Shown: piece after piece, positions 54,643 through 64,000 of the stretch | Layout of the letters: the number at the start of each line of letters is the position of its first letter | Position numbering within the stretch: the first letter of the stretch is position 1 | Assembly (NCBI GenBank): GCA_951406725.2 | Contig: OX597831.1 | Location: forward strand, 42,222,001 to 42,286,000 | Reading direction: 5' to 3' | Length of the DNA: 64,000 nt | DNA from: Octopus vulgaris | Lineage: Eukaryota | Made by a program: the position numbers and the translations under genes | The notes under the pieces: generated by a model | Told to the model about the DNA's origin: nothing | What the model saw: only the letters and a program-made list of their open reading frames with translations | Databases searched by the model: none

Positions 54643-55059
54643 GATGAACAGGCAGAATAGTTAGCGGGTCAGACAAAATGCTTAGCAGCATTATTTTTGG
54701 GCTCTTTACATTCTGAGATCAAATCCTGTCAAGGCTGACTTTGCCTTACATCCTTTTGGCGGGGGCCAATAAAATAAAGTACCAGTCAAGGACTGGGAAT
54801 GATGTAATTCACTAACCCCCTCTTTCAAACTTTCAGGCCTTGTGCCTACAGAGGTTGGGATTATTATTATTATTCTTATTCTGCCGAGGCCGACTTTGCC
54901 TTTCATCATTTCAGGGTTGATAAATTAAGTACCAGTGAAACACTGGGGTCGATGTAATTGGCTTATCCCCTCCCTGCAAAATAGCTGCCCTTGTGGCAAA
55001 ATTTGAAACGGCTATTATTATTATTATGATTATTATCATCATTATTATTATTATCATTA

Positions 55060-55090
<31 letters not shown>

Positions 55091-55505
55091 TATTATTATT
55101 CCCAGTTGGACAAAATGCTTAGCAGCATTTGATCTGGATCTTTATGTTCTGAGTTAAAGCTCTATCCAGCTCAACTTTGCCTTTCATTCTCCCGGGGTTG
55201 AAGAAAATCAGTGCCAGTTAAGCACTGGGGTCAACGTAATCAGCTTGACCCCTTCCCTAAAATAATTGATGGCTGTGTGCCAAAAATTTGAAATCATAAA
55301 AGTAGCACACTGGCGGAATTATTAACATGCCAGACAAAATGCTTAGTGCTGTTTCTTCTGGCTCCTTATATTCTAAGTTTGGATACTACCATGGTCAACT
55401 TTGCCTTTCATCCTTGATAAAATATGTACCAGTTATGCACGAGGGTTGATGTCATTTGCTTCCCTCTCCTCTCAAAGTTGCTAGCCTCATGCCAAAATTA
55501 GAATT
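54390..55505 (+). mobile_element. Cluster of about 5 same-orientation SINE family C copies separated by (TAT)n; others at about 1950-2120, 3083-3325(-), 13285-13500
   Basis: Repeated AAATGCTTAGC...TTCTGAGTTCAAAT...GACTTTGCCTTTCATCC...AAGTACCAGT...GGCCTTGTGCC units. Confidence 0.8.
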
Positions 55506-55529
55506 TTATTATAGTTGTTGATGTTGTTG

Positions 55530-55570
<41 letters not shown>

Positions 55571-56717
55571 GTTATTATTATTATTATTGAGTTTAACCAA
55601 ATTGTTTGATTACTGTCCATTTGTAATGACTTGTACATCCTTTTAATATGTTTGAAGTTTAGTACTAATTAATCTTGGATGAAATTCTGTCCATTAAAAT
55701 TGGTTTCCTTTAAATGTATGCGTATAGTAGTGATGTAGCAACATACATACATACATCCATTCACACACATTTATATATATAGTGAATCCAAACAAAGAAC
55801 GAAAAAGAAAAAACAATAACGTGAGGACGTGATTATCAAGTATATTATCAGATGCTCAAGAAAAGAAGTGTGTGTGTGTATATATATCACACACACACAC
55901 ACATACAGACACACACACACAACACACACATATATATATATATATGGTTTCCAAATGAAGAGAAATATATTGTTTATAGGGTATAGGGTATTTACTGTAG
56001 TCCTACAACTCTGGCAAAGCTAGAGAGCTATATATGTGTGTAATTTCTCTCTCCCTCTTTTATATATTCATATATATATATACACACACACACTCACACT
56101 ATACACACACTCATACACAAATTTTGTGTGAGAGTGTGGGTTCACATAAACACTCATATATGTACTTATATACATTTGTGTGCGTGTGTGTGTGTATGTA
56201 AGAATGTATAAACACACATCTCACTAGATACCTTCTCTCACATTCACCCACATGGATATAAACACCATGAAGATTGTATACAATCTTTGGGTAGGCAGGC
56301 AATAGACATATGCATCTAATACATATTCCTTTTTCACCTTCTACTATTATTATTGCTTTAAAATTAGTATATCTCATACAGCTTCTAAGTCTGAACAGCA
56401 TTATTTGGACAACTGAACGTGACTGTGGATTGAAAAGTGTTGGTGTGTTGGTTATCATTTTTTAAATTGGTATTGATTTTTGTGGTAATGATTAGATTGC
56501 AATTTCCATAGAATGGTAAAAGTAATTTTTGTAAACTGAAGAATCTGAACTGCAGTCATGGCTGTGTGGTTAAGTAGCTTGTTTTGCAGCGACATGGATT
56601 TAAGTTCAGTCCCACTATGTGATGCTTTGGGCAAGTGTCTTCTGCTAAAGCTCCAGGCCTCTGGCTGACCAAAGCTTTTTAAGTGGATTTGGTAGATGGA
56701 AACTGAAAGAAGCCAAC

Positions 56718-56759
<42 letters not shown>

Positions 56760-56767
56760 TTTCTTTT

Positions 56768-57333
56768 TTTTCTGGTGAAGACCAGTTTATGGGGTTACCC
56801 TGGGTTTCCTGTCCAGAAAGGGTTTAACTTTATGGCATATCGTCAGACCTCCAGGACCTGTTGGCCTATGACCTCTTTAAAATATGGAGGAGAAAAGTCT
56901 GGATTATCTTCCTTTGTTAATGGCTATTGACTTGCGGCCACACTGCCATCATTCAGCTATGTGGGTAAACAGTATGGGATTATCTCCCTTTCCCGTTAAC
57001 TATCAGGTTCCCAGAAGGCCAGCAGAAATCTCATGGTTGCTGTTTAGGAGATTTCTACTGGCCTTCTGGGAACTGCTGGAAGTTGATAGTTAACGGGAAA
57101 GGGAGATAATCTCCTACTGTTTACCCACATAGCTGAATGATGGCAGTGTGGCCGCAAGTCAAATAGCCATTAGCAAAGGGAGATAATCTAGATAATCCAG
57201 ACTTTTCTCATCCATATTTTAAAGGGGTCATAGGCCAACAAGTCTTGGGGGTCTGACGATACTTCATATGGTCAAACCCTTTATGGACGGGAAACCCAGC
57301 ATAGCCCCATAAACTGGCCTTCACCAGGGAAAA
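56768..57333. repeat. Long fold-back inverted repeat (about 265-285-bp arms, 15-nt loop) nested in a SINE A copy
   Basis: 56768-57032 is the reverse complement of 57048-57333 with scattered mismatches and two small indels. Confidence 0.92.
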
Positions 57334-58926
57334 ATATAGACTGGTCTACTTCTTAGAGTGTGCTTCTTCTCTGAATTTACATTTTTCTAAAAATTATATA
57401 TATATATATATATACACACACATACATAGTGTGTGTATGTTTGTCCCCCACTTTCACTCTTCAAGCTGTGTTATTTTGTTTACGTTCCTTTAACGTAGAA
57501 GTCTAGCAAACAGAGACTGATAGAATAGTACTAGGCTTGGAAATTAAAAAAAAAAAAAAGAAAAGAAAGTAAATATTGAGGTTGATTTGTTTGACTAAAC
57601 CCTTCAAGGCAGTGCCCCAGCAAGACTGCAATCCAATGACTGAGTCAAGCAAAGGACTATAAACTGTGGGAAGTTTCCATTCTCAAATAATTGCTTTACT
57701 AGTTACAGCACTGCATGATTTGCTGACGAGAAATTAATTATAGATTCCTCTAATGCAATAGCCTGTTCAGAAAGGCTGTTATTGCACTAATTATAGTTCT
57801 CAGTTTCTAATGTGCAACTTCATTCATATTACATAAGTTTATTCATAGCGTATTTTGACATTGAGCAATTTAGGTATGTTTTTGCTTTATATAAACTTTA
57901 GGAACATGAAGTGGTTGGGGTGTATAGAGTGGTTGGTCATGTATGTATATATATATATATATATAAATAAACATATGCAGTGATGTATGTATATACATGT
58001 GTGTGTGTGTGTGTGTGACATGATCATGTGACTAACCAGGATGCTAGATGTTACACATCACTGGTCACAAGGTGTGTTTTTGCATTGTTTTAGCCTTCAA
58101 ATAATGCTACCCCACTGGCTAGGTGAGCAAGCCCCCCCCCCAATCGAAAGTGGGATTGGGGCAACGTGAAATGAAATGTTTTGCTCATGAACACAAGATG
58201 CCGACCAATCAAGGAATTGAACCCATGATCCAGCGATTGTGAGTGCAACAGCCTAACCACCAGGCCACGCACCTTTGTGTGTGTGTGTGTGTGTGTATAC
58301 TTAATATATGCAGACAACATAATGTGTATTAAAAACCCAACTAGTTTAACTACTTAAAATATATATATATACACACACACACGTGTGTGTACCTGTATTT
58401 ATATATGTATATGTGAGTGTGTTGATGTACATAGCCTAGTGGTTAACATGTTGCAGTTACAATTACAATATTGTGATTTTAATTCCCAGACTGGCAGCAC
58501 TTTGTGTTCTTGAGCAAAACACTTTATATTGCTTTGCTCCACACCATTCAATTGTCAATGGGTCACCCTGTGACCAACTGGCATTTCATTCAGAGGGAAC
58601 GTTGGCCTGTCTGTCTAGCTAGCAGCGTGGCATCATTTGAAAGTTAAAATAATGTAAAGCATATTGTAACCAGTGGCCCATATCAAATTCAGATTATCCA
58701 GTCAATACCATTATGGCATTATATATATATATATATATATATATTGGTAAAAATGGTAAGATAACAAAAGAAAGAAAGAGACCTCAATATTATGTAAATA
58801 GAGGAAATTTATTTGTAAAATAATATGTGACAGTTATTCGGTAGCCAAGATAAAACTCTGAGTTTCAGATGCCGAGGTGGAAATCCACAACACCGTCTTT
58901 TTTTTTTCATAGTGTTTTTCAGAATT

Positions 58927-58994
58927 CCAGAAAACCGAAGAGATGGTGTTGTGGATTTCCACTTCGGCATCCGAAACTCAGAGTTTTATCTTGG
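58927..58994 (+). ncRNA. Type I hammerhead-like motif in a fold-back element
   Basis: CCAGAAAA-CCGAAGA-GATG..GTGGA-TT-TCCAC..CATC-C-GAAA-CTC-A-GAG-TT-TTATCTTGG. Imperfect stem I, U4C core change. Confidence 0.55.
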
Positions 58995-59024
58995 CTACCA
59001 AATAATTGTCACGTATTATTTTAC

Positions 59025-59104
<80 letters not shown>

Positions 59105-60996
59105 TTAATATCCATTGTCCATGCTGACATGGTTTGGACAGTTTGACCAAGGCTGATAAGCTGGAAGGCTGCACCAGATTCCAATCTGAATTGGCATGGT
59201 TTTCTATGGCTGGATACCCTTCCTAATACCTGTTTGAAACATGTTGCATAATAATTTACAATAATGTTTCTTAACAAGACATTTGGCCAATGTCTGCAAG
59301 GGAAAAAGTAAGTCCCTTGCTCATTACTGTCTCAAGTCCTATGACTCATGGGGATAGTTATCCAGTTTCCATGGCATATTAAGTGACTGAGATCACAACA
59401 TTCCCCCTGAAGGAAGATGCCAGTTCCTTGAAGGTTACTCATTTACAGCCGAGTGGACTGGAGCAATGTGAAATGAAGTGATTTGCTCATGAACACAATG
59501 CACCACCTGGTCTGGGATTTGAAACCATGACCTTGCAATCATGAATGCAACACTTTAACCACTAGATCACACATCTTCACTTTACAAGAGAAAGAATATA
59601 ATGAATTGGACAGTAAATGAAAGTTATTTTCTTAATTAGGGAGGTTTGTGTTTCAAAAATCTAGTGTTTTATAGATCAGTTCAAGGCATTCTTGTGACTA
59701 AATTTCCAAGAAGGAGGAATATGGTTTTTCTTTTCCTTTTTCCTTAATATTTACACCTGTTATCCTGAAACCGTTCTCTTGTGGTTCACCTTTTGGTCTG
59801 TTAGCTTCCAATCTACTTAAATCAACCCTCAGGTGGCTATAGTACTGAATATTCCAGTCCGCTATTGCTTCTGTAGCTTACCTGATTGTTATTTTAATGA
59901 GCCTAGTCAGGATTTGAACCATATACCTGTACACTTAGAAATGTGTAACCTGCAAATAAATTGTGCTGTCTGAGGCCTTAAATTCTGGTCCCAACTTGAT
60001 GTGAAAGGAACATTATAAATCAATTTAGATGTTTTTCTTCCACATCGTAATCAAGTCCGTGTTTTATTTTCTGTGGAGTAGTGTTCTCTTTTTAACAATG
60101 TATCAGATAGAATTCTTCTGTAAGGGAGGGTTAATTCACTCGTTTCTATTTCCCTCAGGCAAAGTATACAGGTTAAGGGGCGAAATGCTTGTGACCCTAA
60201 GATGCTTGCTGAAGATAAAAAAGATTTTCCAACATTGTGATAGCTTATTCACCATCAGGAGAAGAGCTTGCACTATCGTTAAGCATTTCCTGCATGGTGT
60301 AAAACTTCTCTGATGTTTATTTCACTGATATGTTTCACCTATTCTGTGTTTGTTTAGACAAGGTATTGTTATGTTTATAATAAGCGTGTACAGTTTTCTT
60401 TTTCTCTTTTTGATTGTGTCTCCTATATATGCCAATGCTGTATATTAACATATGATTATAAATAATTTCTTTTTCAGTATATTGTCAAATTATGTGTCTT
60501 TTCAATAAAATTCATACGTGACTTATTGTCTTTGACTCTATAAAAGCTGACTTTTCTCATCTGCAAAGGAACTGATTGTGCAATTTTATGAGATCTGTGT
60601 CTATAACTTGCAAGAGAAAATGGACAGTTAGTTCTGTTGTACTCCCAACCAAACAAAATGTGCTTTTGTATAGGTGAAGTTACTGAAACTACTGATTGCT
60701 AAAACAGCCAAATAATAATAATAATAATAATATAAGCACAAACAACTTTTTGCAGATAAAATTGTAATTTTGAATGATTTTATATCCACAGTTATATGAT
60801 GCAGTAATTTTCAGTGTCAGTGACAGACATTAAATTTGGAGGTATTGGGAATTATGGTAATGAGGAATTTGTTAGACTTTGAAGGGTATTATGGAGATGC
60901 ACATTAAAAACTTAGAGATAACTCTTATGTGATGAATATGGAAATGGCCATTCTATAAATACTTGATATTCTATACACTTCCATATTGTCTCCAAG

Positions 60997-61031
<35 letters not shown>

Positions 61032-61943
61032 GAATATCTATTATCATTATCATTTAACATCCATCTTGCTTGCTGGCATGAGATGGATGGTTAGACAGGA
61101 GGGGTGAAGCCAGAGGACTGTGCCACATTCTATTGTCTGCTTTGGCATGGTTTTTCTCGTTGGATGCCATTCCAGCCACTTTATGGAGTGGACTGGGTGA
61201 CACATGTGTACATCAGAGGAAAACAAAGCAGATTTTGTTAAACTCCTTTTTTATAGTGTCATATATTACATAACCTTTACACATCTTTCACTTGTGTATA
61301 CTAGTATGCTGTGTAGTACTCATTACACAGGCAATGGTATAATCACATTGAAATGCCTAATCTTGAGAAGAATATAGTAATTTAGTCCATTGTTATTCAC
61401 TGGCTTCAGTTGGTAGGCATTAAATAAACAAAAGCACCAAGACAACATTATTTTGATTAAGTCCATTTATGAAAATCTCATGCAACATATTTAATACACA
61501 TTTACAAGCCTTGGTAGCTTAGGCATTAGGAATTGACTCACACACGTTTCATCAATTCATGATTTATCGAGTGTGCAGTCTAAGCTCTTGGGCAGGTTGC
61601 CAGCAAATGCCTGAAGATTGGCTATTTCTTCAGATACTCCAATGGCAATTACTTCATGATTGTTGTGATCTCAGTCAGTGATATGCCATGGAAACTGAAT
61701 AACCAGCTTTATGAGCTGTAGGACTTGAGGAAAAAAACAACAACAACAAAAAAAAAAAAGCAGTCTTACTTTTAGCAATATTCTTGCATGAAATAATATA
61801 TTCCATGTACTACCATGTGCAATTATATATCAGCATTTTCTCAAGTGTCAAACTAATACACTTGCTTGTTTTTCATACACCTCTCTTCACTAAATCTACA
61901 CGTTTTTTTTTTTTCATTCTCTCTCTGTTTTCTCTTATTTATT

Positions 61944-61981
61944 TCTTTCTGTAGAAGAGCATAGGCTTGAAACGTCAAAGA
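61944..61981 (+). ncRNA. Minimal hammerhead-like motif (CUGUAGA-A core variant)
   Basis: TCTTT-CTGTAGA-A-GAGC-ATAG-GCTT-GAAA-CGTC-AAAGA. Perfect 5-bp stem I, palindromic ACGT, GUC site. Decayed copies lie on the minus strand at 10691-10728 and 62964-63001. Confidence 0.5.
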
Positions 61982-62079
61982 CTTTTTCATTTTCCCAAAT
62001 GCCTGCTTGTTGTTCATACACCTGTCTTCATCTTTTGTTTTAATATAAATTTCAACTGTATGTGTGTGTTGGGTGTGTG

Positions 62080-62110
<31 letters not shown>

Positions 62111-63114
62111 CACGTGACTGACCAGACCATCAGATATTGCTACACATCGCTGGTTACAATGCGTTTGCATTGTTTTAGCCTTCGAATGACGCCACTCCGC
62201 TGGCTAAGCGAGCAGGCCAACAGAAGAAAGAGTGAGAGAAAGAGTGGCTCCGGCAGGGATCACCACCCCCTGCCGGAGCCTCGTGGAGCTTTTTAGGTGT
62301 TTTAGCTCAATAAACACACACAACGCCCGGTCTGGGAATTGAAACCGCGATCATACGATGGCGAGTCCGCTGCCCTAACCACTGGGCCATTGCGCCTCCA
62401 CACGTGTATGTATATATATTAAAGCTGTAAAATTTTCACAAAACTATTACTCAGAGTTTCATGTTCCTGTGTGTCAGACAGTTGTGATGAATACTGACCC
62501 AAGATCACGATTTTAATTGAGTGTTCATCACAACTGTGAATGGGAAACTCTGAGTAACAGTTTGTGACAATTTTGCAGCTTTAACAAAAGCATATTGCTC
62601 TACCTTTAGCATTCAAATACTATTTTTTCCCACCTTGTTTTGCATTTATGTGCTTACTTGTGTATATATGTATGTGTGTGTGTATGTGTATATATATATG
62701 TGAAACCATGATGATATTTTGGTTGTTGACTGACGAGGAAAATTCAACTACAAATATTCCATGTATTGTGTCCTTGTCTATATTCCCTGTCTGTTAAGTT
62801 TGCGTCTTGTTTTCTGTTGTGTTACTTGTTGTGTTCTGTCTGTTCAATCATTTATGCATATATACATATATAGTTCAAATTTATAGAAAACAAAAGACAA
62901 AAACAGTTGAGGGAACAACAAACAGGTATATTAGTTTGACACTTGGGGGAAAAATGGGAAAAATCTTTGACATTTTGAACCTACGCACTTCAACAGTAAG
63001 GATCGAGAGGTAAAAAATGGAGAGAGAGAGAGAACGGAAAAAAAAAAACAGAAAAAAAAATGTCTAGGGAGTAACAGTTTGACATGATAAATTGGAATGA
63101 AACATATATATTTG

Positions 63115-63162
<48 letters not shown>

Positions 63163-63302
63163 TATATAGGTATGTTGGTGCAAGCAAGAAAAATAGAACT
63201 CAAATTATGAGTATGTGTATATTTTTTATTAATATTTAGTTTGATAAGTGCCAATGCATGAAATTCTCGAACCTTGAGTCACTCTGTTACATCTGCTACA
63301 TA

Positions 63303-63337
<35 letters not shown>

Positions 63338-63530
63338 AGAGAGAGAGAGAGCACTTCTTAGTTTTACTCTTGAATAAAATAATTATCAGATGAACTCATT
63401 GATTGATTTAATGATTTGTTTATATGCTTTGTGATGACAAATGAACTAAATAATTAACAACCTGTCTGATGTATATATTCTCTCCCTGCTCTAATGTTAC
63501 TGTAAAAATGGTATTGTGTGTGTATATATA

Positions 63531-63569
<39 letters not shown>

Positions 63570-63577
63570 ACACACAG

Positions 63578-63632
<55 letters not shown>

Positions 63633-63928
63633 AGATATTGTTATATTTTTCAGTTTCAGGAAACATTGTTTTTTATTTTATATTTTTTTTTTTATATAGA
63701 TAAGATACAGCTAATTAACTAAATTAACTGTTATCTACATGATGAAGCTATGCTTCATTCCTCCTTTATGAAATTAAATACCATTTTTTTTCTCTCTTCT
63801 CTTTGCCTTGTCAAGATGTTTTCTTGTAAACCTAATTGGCTGATCACATGGTCAAGCTGGCTATTTTACAGATTGTGCCACCCCAATTGTTATTGCTGTT
63901 ACTTATTTTTGTCTTCTTTCACAACCAG

Positions 63929-64000
63929 GTACAGCACCATCTACAGGCTTTACCGCTCCTATTATACCAGTCGATGCTCCTCAAGTTCGATCAGGGTCTT
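63929..64000 (+). CDS. ITSN1: Probable intersectin coding exon 6, runs off the window (STAPSTGFTAPIIPVDAPQVRSGS...)
   Basis: Pyrimidine tract + ACCAG acceptor, phase-1 start compatible with exon 5, and an open Pro/Ser/Thr-rich frame. Additional small exons within 46955-63928 cannot be excluded. Confidence 0.7.

Noticed and set aside
57722-57808. CTGACGA followed by an imperfect hairpin
   Set aside because: No downstream GAAA, stem III or stem I. Only a loose inverted repeat.

Overview
AT-rich, microsatellite- and transposon-saturated animal genomic DNA. The repeat families suggest an octopus/coleoid cephalopod, which is an inference from recognition and not a database result. The window holds the 5' part of one + strand gene, an intersectin (ITSN1/2-like, Dap160 family). 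Six coding exons (577-595, 26569-26661, 28417-28480, 43300-43508, 46859-46954, 63929->64000) splice in frame across GT-AG introns of 1.8-26 kb. They encode the first EH domain and a Met/Pro-rich linker. Almost all ORFs in the supplied track are microsatellite artefacts. The introns contain at least three tRNA-type SINE families, LINE fragments and 3' tails, mariner, hAT and TTAA MITEs, a decayed mariner, Helitron/Helentron-type elements and minisatellites. The most notable unannotated signal is about a dozen minimal type I hammerhead-ribozyme-like motifs from several unrelated small, often fold-back, elements with Penelope-like/retrozyme-like architecture. One at 40502-40544 looks nearly intact, carries a compensated U3-A8 core and lies sense to the pre-mRNA. 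There are also several long, locally templated inverted duplications that would form dsRNA in the pre-mRNA.
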